Source: a virus (lineage: Duplodnaviria > Caudoviricetes). Taken from it: a DNA stretch of 64,000 nucleotides. The number at the start of each line of letters is the position of its first letter. The stretch's first letter is position 1. Of the stretch, positions 29,541 to 37,393 are shown piece after piece. A program made the translations under genes and the position numbers. The stretch lies in the IMG/VR virus record IMGVR_UViG_3300044645_001661, one strand, 5' to 3'. The notes under the pieces are model-generated. The model did not search any database. It was not told the origin of the DNA and saw only the letters and a list, made by a program, of their open reading frames with translations.

Positions 29541-30420
29541 ATTAAGGGGATTCCCCCATGTATATTATTTTAATCTCGATCAAAAAACTGATCGTAAAAA
29601 GTACATGGAAACCCAATTTGATCGTTGGGGTATAGAATATACTAGAATGTCATCTAACATATATTCTATATGGAATTATGACGATTGGACTACAAATAAG
29701 GTAACTGGTGACAAAAGTGATACCGATCAAAGACTTTATGCCCCAGCAATGATGCATTTTGAGTTATTTAAAAGGTGGTTACATGATACAGACGAAGAAT
29801 ATATTCTTGTAATGGAAGATGATTATGATTTAAGTTTAATCGAATATTGGCATTTTGATTGGAATTATTTGATGTCTAAATTGCCTTATGATTGGGATTG
29901 TATTCAATTGGGATTTGAGACTTCAAATGTAATATCATTTTACCTTCATCCAGTAAAAGAAGATTATTCATTTGGACCATGTTTATTTAAAAGAGAATAT
30001 GTAGAAAAACTTTTAAGACTTCATTCTGAAGGATTTAAATATAGATTTGATTTTAACATTTCCAATTGTCATTGGAGAGATAGAAGAAATTATAAAAATG
30101 CTGCAGGTTCTTTAGAATATTTTATGTGTCAATCTGGAAGAACGTATTCAATTCCTTTAATCGCTTTAAATCCTTATTTTAGTTTTTGGTATTATAAGGA
30201 TAAATGGATACCAAAGTCTTACTTTCAAATGTGCTATGATTCTTATTATGATTGGTGGCAAAATGATAGAGACAAATTCACTTTAGATGATTTTTTTACT
30301 TATGGAAAGGTAAATGATAAAATTATGGAAAGAAATCTAGAATATTGTGACACTAAATATTTTGAAGAAAAGACCAAAGTATGTAGAGAAAAATTTTTGA
30401 AAGAATATGGATTTAAGTAA
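29515..30420 (+). CDS. GT25-like glycosyltransferase, copy 4
   Basis: YYFNLDQKTDR, VMEDD, LPYDWDCIQLG. Confidence 0.8.
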   Translation: METIDLENKLRGFPHVYYFNLDQKTDRKKYMETQFDRWGIEYTRMSSNIYSIWNYDDWTTNKVTGDKSDTDQRLYAPAMMHFELFKRWLHDTDEEYILVMEDDYDLSLIEYWHFDWNYLMSKLPYDWDCIQLGFETSNVISFYLHPVKEDYSFGPCLFKREYVEKLLRLHSEGFKYRFDFNISNCHWRDRRNYKNAAGSLEYFMCQSGRTYSIPLIALNPYFSFWYYKDKWIPKSYFQMCYDSYYDWWQNDRDKFTLDDFFTYGKVNDKIMERNLEYCDTKYFEEKTKVCREKFLKEYGFK

Positions 30421-31207
30421 TAAGTTATTCGGAATACCAAAAGTATATTATTTTAATTATGATGAGCATAAAAATAGAAATTACCATATGGACAGAAATC
30501 TTGGTAATTTGAAAGTTGCTAATTATGAAAAAGTTTCAGCATCAAAATATACTTCTAAAAATTATGAAGATTGGAAAAATTTGATTATTGATGTTGAGAA
30601 TTATAAATTAACTCCAAATATTGCTGGATATGCAATTACTGTATTGGAATTTTTAAAAAGATGGTTAGAAGAAACTGATGAACCAGAATTAATTATAACA
30701 AAAGATACTATTGATTTTGATTTAATTGAATACTGGAAATTTGATTGGAATTATTTAAAATCCAGACTTCCTTATGATTGGGATTGTATTCAACTTGGAT
30801 TTGAAAATTCTCAGTATATACCATTTTATTTACATCCAATACTTCCTTCTAGTACTTTTGGTCCATCACTTCTCAATAGACACTATGTTAAAAAAATAGT
30901 TAAATTGCATTGTGTTGGAGATCAATATAAGTTGAATAATTATATTGCAAATATGTATTTCAGTGGACAATCTGGAACAGTTGATTATTTTATTGGACAT
31001 AATGGCAATACATACTCAATGCCACTATTCCCTAATAAACCAGAATTTTTTGACAAGAATACTAAAAAGTATGTTTTAGTTTACATTTGTAAAAATGCAT
31101 ATCATGAATGGTGGAAGCGAGAAAGTGGCAAATTTAATTTGGATGAGATATTTACTTATGGAAAATATAATGATATTGGAATGGTAAAAAAACTTCGTAA
31201 AAAATAA
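30407..31207 (+). CDS. GT25-like glycosyltransferase, copy 5 (degenerate motifs)
   Basis: YYFNYDEHKNR, TKDT in place of MEDD, LPYDWDCIQLG. Confidence 0.7.
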   Translation: MDLSNKLFGIPKVYYFNYDEHKNRNYHMDRNLGNLKVANYEKVSASKYTSKNYEDWKNLIIDVENYKLTPNIAGYAITVLEFLKRWLEETDEPELIITKDTIDFDLIEYWKFDWNYLKSRLPYDWDCIQLGFENSQYIPFYLHPILPSSTFGPSLLNRHYVKKIVKLHCVGDQYKLNNYIANMYFSGQSGTVDYFIGHNGNTYSMPLFPNKPEFFDKNTKKYVLVYICKNAYHEWWKRESGKFNLDEIFTYGKYNDIGMVKKLRKK

Positions 31208-31215
31208 TTAAAATT

Positions 31216-32034
31216 ATGAACATTAATTTGTCAAACAAACTAAAAGGACTGCCACACATCTATTATGTAAATTTGGATAATAGATCTGATAGAAAAAAAT
31301 ATATGGAGTCCCAGTTTGATTTTTGGAGAATAAAAGATTACACTAGAGTATCTTCTTCAAAATACTTAGCATCTGAATCTGAATCTTGGGCAAATAAAGT
31401 TATTGATGGGAGCATAAAAAATCTATCATCATATGTTGTTGGTAATGCAATAACACACTTAGAACTTTTAAAAGATTGGGTTAATAATTCTAGTGATGAA
31501 TATGTCATTTTAATGGAAGATGATTATGATTTAAACTTGATACAATATTGGCATTTTGATTGGGATTACTTGATGTCAAGATTGCCATATGATTGGGATT
31601 GTATTCAATTGGGATTTGAATCAAAAGAATTTATTCCATTCTTTTTACATCCTAAATTGAGACATAGTTATTTTGGTCCTATTATGATTACTAGAGAGTA
31701 TGCTAAAAAAATATTGCGATTGCATTGTGTCGGTGAAGACAAATATAGTTTAGATAAATTAATTGCTGATTATAATTTTAAAGTTTGTTCTACTTCTGTA
31801 GATTACTTTATGGGACATACTGGCAGAACGTACTCTATTCCATTAATAACTACAAATGTTGATCTAGGTAGCACTGAAAGTGATATACAAATAGAAAGAA
31901 GACATCATGTTAAATCTAGAGCCGCATACTATTATTGGTGGATGAAGAGAAGTATGAAGTATAATCTAGATGAATTTTTTACCTATGGAAAACCAAATGA
32001 TCAAGAAATGGTTATTAGTACGGTTGACTATTAG
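31216..32034 (+). CDS. GT25-like glycosyltransferase, copy 6
   Basis: YYVNLDNRSDR, ITH, LMEDD, LPYDWDCIQLG. Confidence 0.82.
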   Translation: MNINLSNKLKGLPHIYYVNLDNRSDRKKYMESQFDFWRIKDYTRVSSSKYLASESESWANKVIDGSIKNLSSYVVGNAITHLELLKDWVNNSSDEYVILMEDDYDLNLIQYWHFDWDYLMSRLPYDWDCIQLGFESKEFIPFFLHPKLRHSYFGPIMITREYAKKILRLHCVGEDKYSLDKLIADYNFKVCSTSVDYFMGHTGRTYSIPLITTNVDLGSTESDIQIERRHHVKSRAAYYYWWMKRSMKYNLDEFFTYGKPNDQEMVISTVDY

Positions 32035-32052
32035 ATAAAAAATGATTATAAT
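32024..32052 (+). promoter_or_regulatory. Sigma70-type promoter for amidinotransferase and dehydrogenase
   Basis: TTGACT-17 nt-TATAAT. Confidence 0.75.
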
Positions 32053-32064
32053 GTCTTTATTTAA

Positions 32065-33039
32065 ATGTATAGTACAAATGAGTGGGGAAAATTAAAAAAA
32101 ATTATAGTCGGTGTGGCTGACTATGCAGTAGTTCCTCCAGTTGATAAAAGTTTAAGGACAATTAACTATGCGGATTTAAAAGATACCTCCACAGTAAAAG
32201 TTGGACCATATCCAGATCAAGTAATTCAAGAAGCAAATGAAGATTTAGAAATACTTGTAAATTTTTTAAAATCTCAAGATGTAGAAGTTTTGAGACCAAA
32301 AAGAGAAAAAACTGATTACTACAACTATTGCCCAAGAGATTGTGTATTTGTTCATGGTGAAGTTGCATTAGCAACACCCATGCCATTAAGGTCTAGACTA
32401 GGTAATTGGAGATCTTATTCACACCATCTAACCGATGTGGTTGAAATGCCATGTTGCTATTTTGATGATCTCTATAATGAAGAATGTGTTGGTGATCCAG
32501 ATATTCTTGCATTAACTGAAATAACACCAGCATTTGATGCTGCTAACATAATTCGGGCAAACAATGAGATTTTGTATCTTGTATCAAATAGTGGAAATAT
32601 TGCAGGAGCAAAATATTTACAATCACTTTTAGATGAACACTACAATGGAGAAGTTCAAGTAAATCTTCTTCAAAATGTTTATTCATATGTTCATATTGAT
32701 ACTACTATTGCATTTTTGAGAGAAGGTCTTTTACTGGCAAATCCAAGTAGAATAAAAGATAAAGATGATCTACCAGAACCATTTAACGAGTGGGAAATAA
32801 TTTGGTGCCCAGAACCTGTAGACACTGGTTACTATCCAGGTTATAATCATGCATCACCTTGGTCCAATATGAATTTGCTTAGTGTTAGTCATGAGTTAGT
32901 TGTTTTGGAAGAACATCAACATCCTACTAGAAAGGTATTGGAAAGATATGGGATTGAGTGTGCTATGCTTCCTATGAGGCAGCAAAGAACATTGAGTGGT
33001 GGATTCCATTGCGTAACTTTAGATCTTGAGAGGGAATGA
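32065..33039 (+). CDS. Amidinotransferase (glycine/inosamine-phosphate amidinotransferase family)
   Basis: NEWGKLKKIIVG, CPRD, FDAAN, HIDTT, GGFHCVTLD. Confidence 0.88.
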   Translation: MYSTNEWGKLKKIIVGVADYAVVPPVDKSLRTINYADLKDTSTVKVGPYPDQVIQEANEDLEILVNFLKSQDVEVLRPKREKTDYYNYCPRDCVFVHGEVALATPMPLRSRLGNWRSYSHHLTDVVEMPCCYFDDLYNEECVGDPDILALTEITPAFDAANIIRANNEILYLVSNSGNIAGAKYLQSLLDEHYNGEVQVNLLQNVYSYVHIDTTIAFLREGLLLANPSRIKDKDDLPEPFNEWEIIWCPEPVDTGYYPGYNHASPWSNMNLLSVSHELVVLEEHQHPTRKVLERYGIECAMLPMRQQRTLSGGFHCVTLDLERE

Positions 33040-34259
33040 TTATGGAAATTGGATTTATTGGTTTGGGTAAATTGGGTATGGCATGTGCCGAAGAAATTTT
33101 TTTGCAAGGGCACAATGTATACGGATATGATATTTCACCTAAAGATAGTGATCTAATAAAAGTTAAAAATAATATCAAAGAAGTTGTAGAATTGAGTGAT
33201 ATTGTCTTTATTGCTGTTCCAACTCCCCATGATCCAGAATATGATGGAAGTAAACCATGCATGGATCTTCAACCAAAAGATTTTAGTTATGATATTGTAA
33301 AGGAATGTTTGGTTGAAGCAAACAAATATATGAATAAGAATCAACTACTTGTGTTGATTTCTACAGTTCTTCCTGGAACAACTAGAACACAGTTTTGTAA
33401 TTTGGTTACTAATACACGATTTGTTTATAATCCGTATTTAATTGCAATGGGATCTGTTGCTTGGGATATGGTTAATCCAGAAATGGTAATGATTGGAACC
33501 GAAGATGGGAAAACAAATGGTGATGCTAAACAATTAATTGATTTTTATAAAACAATAATGCAGAATGATCCTGCATATGTTGTTGGGACTTGGGATGAAT
33601 GTGAATGTATTAAAGTATTCTATAATACGTTTATTAGTAATAAAATTAGTTTTGTCAACATGATTCAAGATGTTGCTGAACGTTCTCATAATATTAATGT
33701 TGATGTTGTTACTAGTGCTCTTTGCTTAGGTGCTTCTAGAATTATTAGTACACATTATATGAAGGCAGGTATGGGTGATGGTGGTGCCTGTCATCCTAGA
33801 GATAACATTGCCCTTCGCTATCTTGCAAAAAAACTAGATTTGGGATATGACCTTTTTGAAGGAATTATGCGTTCTAGAGAAGTTCAGGCAAAAAATCTTG
33901 CGAAAAAATTAGTTGAACTTGCTAATGATGAATTGCCAATTGTTATTCATGGCAAAGCATACAAACCAAAAGTTCCTTATATTGATGGGAGTTATAGTAT
34001 TTTAGTTGGTCATTACTGTACGGAGATGGGCAAACCTCCAATCTATGTTGACAAATATACTGGAGACGAATATACTCCTAATGGTCCTGCAGTATTTCTT
34101 CTCGCACATAGTGCATCTACAACTTATTGGCATGATGGAAGTGATGACGAACTTTATTGTGATATTCCAGAAGGAAGTATTGTTTTGGATCCTTGGAGAA
34201 AGTTTAAATCGGACAATATTACTGTAATTCACTATGGTAATACCCGATTCAATCCTTGA
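33036..34259 (+). CDS. UDP-glucose/GDP-mannose 6-dehydrogenase family protein
   Basis: IGFIGLGKLG Rossmann motif, FIAVPTP, STVLPGTT, YNP, GDGGACHPRD. Confidence 0.9.
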   Translation: MIMEIGFIGLGKLGMACAEEIFLQGHNVYGYDISPKDSDLIKVKNNIKEVVELSDIVFIAVPTPHDPEYDGSKPCMDLQPKDFSYDIVKECLVEANKYMNKNQLLVLISTVLPGTTRTQFCNLVTNTRFVYNPYLIAMGSVAWDMVNPEMVMIGTEDGKTNGDAKQLIDFYKTIMQNDPAYVVGTWDECECIKVFYNTFISNKISFVNMIQDVAERSHNINVDVVTSALCLGASRIISTHYMKAGMGDGGACHPRDNIALRYLAKKLDLGYDLFEGIMRSREVQAKNLAKKLVELANDELPIVIHGKAYKPKVPYIDGSYSILVGHYCTEMGKPPIYVDKYTGDEYTPNGPAVFLLAHSASTTYWHDGSDDELYCDIPEGSIVLDPWRKFKSDNITVIHYGNTRFNP

Positions 34260-34306
34260 CTAGAATTTTTAAATCTGTTATCCTTTTAAAGAGAAATTAA
34301 AAACTT

Positions 34307-34717
34307 ATGAAAATCATTGATACTAAAAAATATATTGAATTCGTTCGACAAACAACTAGTCCTGCTAGCAGTGATTTTGCACAACTTCTTGCTCGTATGA
34401 CTGAACTCGAAGCAACTCATGATGCTGATGTTCCTCGTCTTTTGACTGCTGCTTTTGGTATCAGTGCAGAAGCAGGTGAGTTTACTGAAGTTGTAAAAAA
34501 AATCTTCCTTCAAGGAAAACCTTATAATGAAGAAAATGTTTTTCACCTGAAACGTGAACTTGGTGATATTTGTTGGTATCTTGCACAAGCTTGTATGGCA
34601 CTTGACACTAACTTTGAAGAAGTTCTTCAAATGAATTTTGAAAAACTGAGTGCTCGTTATCCTGAAGGTTCTTTTGATGTTTATCGATCTGAAAATCGAG
34701 TAGAAGGAGATCTTTGA
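34307..34717 (+). CDS. mazG: MazG-like NTP pyrophosphohydrolase
   Basis: AEAGEFTEVVKK, KRELGDICWY, KLSARYP. Confidence 0.92.
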   Translation: MKIIDTKKYIEFVRQTTSPASSDFAQLLARMTELEATHDADVPRLLTAAFGISAEAGEFTEVVKKIFLQGKPYNEENVFHLKRELGDICWYLAQACMALDTNFEEVLQMNFEKLSARYPEGSFDVYRSENRVEGDL

Positions 34718-34724
34718 TATTATG

Positions 34725-34755
34725 CCTCCCAAATTGGGAGGTTTTTTTATAAATA
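34725..34755 (+). terminator. Terminator fused to a late promoter
   Basis: CCTCCCA-AAT-TGGGAGG plus T7, running into TATAAATA at 34748-34755. Confidence 0.8.
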
Positions 34756-34780
34756 TTTTTATAATACCAAGAAAACTAAA

Positions 34781-35410
34781 ATGGATTTTTGTAACCCAGA
34801 TGGAATGAGGGATTTGTATAACTCTCTGTATCTTTCAGAAGAAGTTGATATTGAAGAAGGTAAAAAAGAGTTTCCTTATGCTAAAGTTGATAAACAAGAA
34901 GCAAAGCATAGAAAAGTATCTGTTTCTCAAAGGGGTGGTAGTAGAGGAACTTCAAGAAACCGTGCAATGAAAATGGATTCAATTCGCGGTGCGGTACAAC
35001 GTGGAGAAGATCCAAGAGCAGATGGATATGGTGGTGCTCGTGCTGCTCGCGGAAATCCACCTGAAGATCACCGTGCAGCATTTTCAAAAAATCCTTTAAA
35101 CAATCCCCCAAGACCAGTTAAAAAACCTGGAGTTAACAAAGAGGAATTTGAAGCTATTGTAGAATATTTGTTTGTTGAAGGGTATGCAGAAACTTTTGAA
35201 TCTGCAGAATTAATGGCAGAAAATATTGGTGAAAATTGGATTGAAGAAATTCTTGAGGGATATAAAGAATTTCCAACAGGTAAAGTTATGAATAAAGCTG
35301 GAAAGTTAATGGGTTCTTCTGCTGGTAAAACTGATACTACTAGCAAGAAAAAGGAAAAGAGGGGCATTAAGATGATGGATACAATGATGCAACATACACC
35401 AGATTATTGA
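34781..35410 (+). CDS. Late-expressed basic protein, putative internal head protein
   Basis: Late promoter; alternating acidic and Lys/Arg-rich blocks; internal repeat EG(K/Y)KEFP. Confidence 0.55.
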   Translation: MDFCNPDGMRDLYNSLYLSEEVDIEEGKKEFPYAKVDKQEAKHRKVSVSQRGGSRGTSRNRAMKMDSIRGAVQRGEDPRADGYGGARAARGNPPEDHRAAFSKNPLNNPPRPVKKPGVNKEEFEAIVEYLFVEGYAETFESAELMAENIGENWIEEILEGYKEFPTGKVMNKAGKLMGSSAGKTDTTSKKKEKRGIKMMDTMMQHTPDY

Positions 35411-35442
35411 TAAATATATCATAATTTTGTCTTAGTCTCCTC

Positions 35443-35471
35443 TTGACAAAAGTTGAGAGGAGACATATACT
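35443..35471 (+). promoter_or_regulatory. Sigma70-type promoter for tRNA-Ala and tRNA-Leu
   Basis: TTGACA-17 nt-TATACT. Confidence 0.8.
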
Positions 35472-35481
35472 TTGTAGATGT

Positions 35482-35552
35482 GGGGGATTAGTTTAGTGGT
35501 AAAACGGGTGCTTTGCAAGCATCAATCACCAGTTCGACTCTGGTATTCTCCA
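35482..35552 (+). tRNA. tRNA-Ala(UGC)
   Basis: Cloverleaf; G3:U70 pair; anticodon loop TT-TGC-AA; GTTCGACTC. Confidence 0.92.
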
Positions 35553-35555
35553 TAA

Positions 35556-35635
35556 GCCCAAGTGGTGAAATTGGTAAACACGCATGACTTAGGATCATGT
35601 GCTTCGGCTTGGAGGTTCGAGTCCTCTCTTGGGCA
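35556..35635 (+). tRNA. tRNA-Leu(UAG)
   Basis: GCCCAAG/CTTGGGC acceptor stem; CT-TAG-GA loop; variable arm. Confidence 0.93.
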
Positions 35636-35667
35636 CTAAATATTTCAAATGCAGTTAAAATTCCAAA

Positions 35668-36747
35668 ATGGAACTAAGGGGTGCAAAGACGATAATAGAT
35701 GATTTAAAAAAACACTTAAAAAGTAGGAATAAAATAAAAATAGATATTCAAGGTGATTATGCATATAAAACTAACACCAAACAAACCACATTTGTAATTA
35801 TAAAATCTAATGATAGGTCTGACACTTTAGAAGTAGTTACTGATGCTTTAACAGATATTGGGGTAAAATATATTGAAGGGAGAGTTACAGGAAGTTCTTT
35901 TCCTGGATTGACAATAACTGATTTTAAAAAATTTGGTAAAAGAGAAAAAGAAATAAGAATATTATTTAAATTTCCAGATGGTGCAGATTCAAAATCTTAT
36001 AATATTTGGAATGAGTTATTAGATAAGCATGTTTTTCCTAAGAATTCTAGTTTGAAAAGGCAACCATCCAATAACTATGAATTAAATGTTTTGAGATTAA
36101 TTAATTCTAAAATACAAGAAAGTGGTAACGGAAAACCAATCGATATTAAAATAAAAAATAAAACATATAAAAATATTGCTGGATTTGTTGGTGGAGTTGG
36201 AACAAAAAAAGCAGATTTTGTTGTAATAGATTATGATGGAAATGAAGTATGCTTTATTTCATATAAAAGTGGATCCACCTCATTAGATTTCCAGCAATAT
36301 GGGGGAATAACCCAAAGGTCTGGAGATATTATATCTAATCATCCAGAGGTTAAAAAATTTAATGAAGATGTTGTGAATAACTGGGAAAGTTTATCTGATG
36401 ATTATACTACTTTACATAGAAAAATATCTGATAGAAATTTAAAAAAACAATCTGTATTTGGTAAAGATTATAAAAAAGCATCTGGATATGATAGCGTAGA
36501 TTTTTTTATTCAGGGGGATCCTAGATTTTCAGTAAGGGGATCTGTTTTACATATTATGTTCTCTACTAAAATTGTTAGAAAAGGTGATTTATCTGGATTA
36601 TCTAGAGATTATGATCCAGTTTTAGGTGCTAGAACTGGTGAAAGATATAGAAAGATAACTTATAATGGAAGAACCATATATGGAGTTAGAGGTGGTATTT
36701 GGACCAAAGGATATATAGTATCTAGAAGAAAAAATAAGGAAATTTAA
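35668..36747 (+). CDS. Hypothetical protein, putative PD-(D/E)xK-fold nuclease
   Basis: KKADFVVID...CFISYK...FQQYGG; basic; preceded by CTAAATA. Confidence 0.45.
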   Translation: MELRGAKTIIDDLKKHLKSRNKIKIDIQGDYAYKTNTKQTTFVIIKSNDRSDTLEVVTDALTDIGVKYIEGRVTGSSFPGLTITDFKKFGKREKEIRILFKFPDGADSKSYNIWNELLDKHVFPKNSSLKRQPSNNYELNVLRLINSKIQESGNGKPIDIKIKNKTYKNIAGFVGGVGTKKADFVVIDYDGNEVCFISYKSGSTSLDFQQYGGITQRSGDIISNHPEVKKFNEDVVNNWESLSDDYTTLHRKISDRNLKKQSVFGKDYKKASGYDSVDFFIQGDPRFSVRGSVLHIMFSTKIVRKGDLSGLSRDYDPVLGARTGERYRKITYNGRTIYGVRGGIWTKGYIVSRRKNKEI

Positions 36748-36780
36748 TCAGTTCATAAATATTAGTATATCAAAACAAAT

Positions 36781-37371
36781 ATGAAAAGTTTCTCTCAATT
36801 CTTAAATGAATCTAGTAAGTCTCTTGCCTCAATTCATGGTAAGAGACTGGGACTTGTGCCAGATGGGCATGGTGGATTTTATGATAAAAAAACTGGGGAA
36901 TTTGTAGCTAAAAATGAAGGTGGTAGATTAAAATTTTATAATCAAAATCAAATTATTGGGGAACCAGATCCTAAACAAGTTAGAACAGCATCTAACCAAA
37001 GACCCGTTTCTACTCAAACTTTTTCTAAAAAAACAAAAAAAGAAAATTACATAATTGATAGAGAAAATGAACAAATATTGAGAGAAAAATATATTTCTGG
37101 TCAGATATTTAATGAGGGTGAAATTGTTGAAAATTTGAACACAGGTATGATTGGTAAAATAATTCGTAGAGGAACAAATTATTTAATTTGTGTTACTGAA
37201 GATAATGAAATGTTTAAATCTTGGATAAAAGATGTCGTTGAATGGACAGAAAAATCTGGAGTTCCCGCAAAACAAAGAGAAGTTGGTACTGATGAATATA
37301 GAAAATATGCTATGAAAATGACAGGAACAAAGAGGATAAAGAATTTCATAAATAAATATAAGGCAAATTAA
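36781..37371 (+). CDS. Hypothetical protein resembling the terminal domains of cyanophage 'cytidyltransferase'
   Basis: MKSFSQFLNE...DGHGGF...GEFVAK and VENLNTG...RRGTNYLI...MFKSWI; no HxGH-type catalytic motif seen. Confidence 0.5.
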   Translation: MKSFSQFLNESSKSLASIHGKRLGLVPDGHGGFYDKKTGEFVAKNEGGRLKFYNQNQIIGEPDPKQVRTASNQRPVSTQTFSKKTKKENYIIDRENEQILREKYISGQIFNEGEIVENLNTGMIGKIIRRGTNYLICVTEDNEMFKSWIKDVVEWTEKSGVPAKQREVGTDEYRKYAMKMTGTKRIKNFINKYKAN

Positions 37372-37393
37372 AGTAATTTAATTTTTTAATAAA

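Noticed and set aside
24023-34259. DNA hypermodification cluster
   Set aside because: Not excluded, but no dNMP hydroxymethylase, TET/JBP-like, preQ0 or DNA-specific transferase signature was seen, and the late promoter and GT25 family favour glycan modification.
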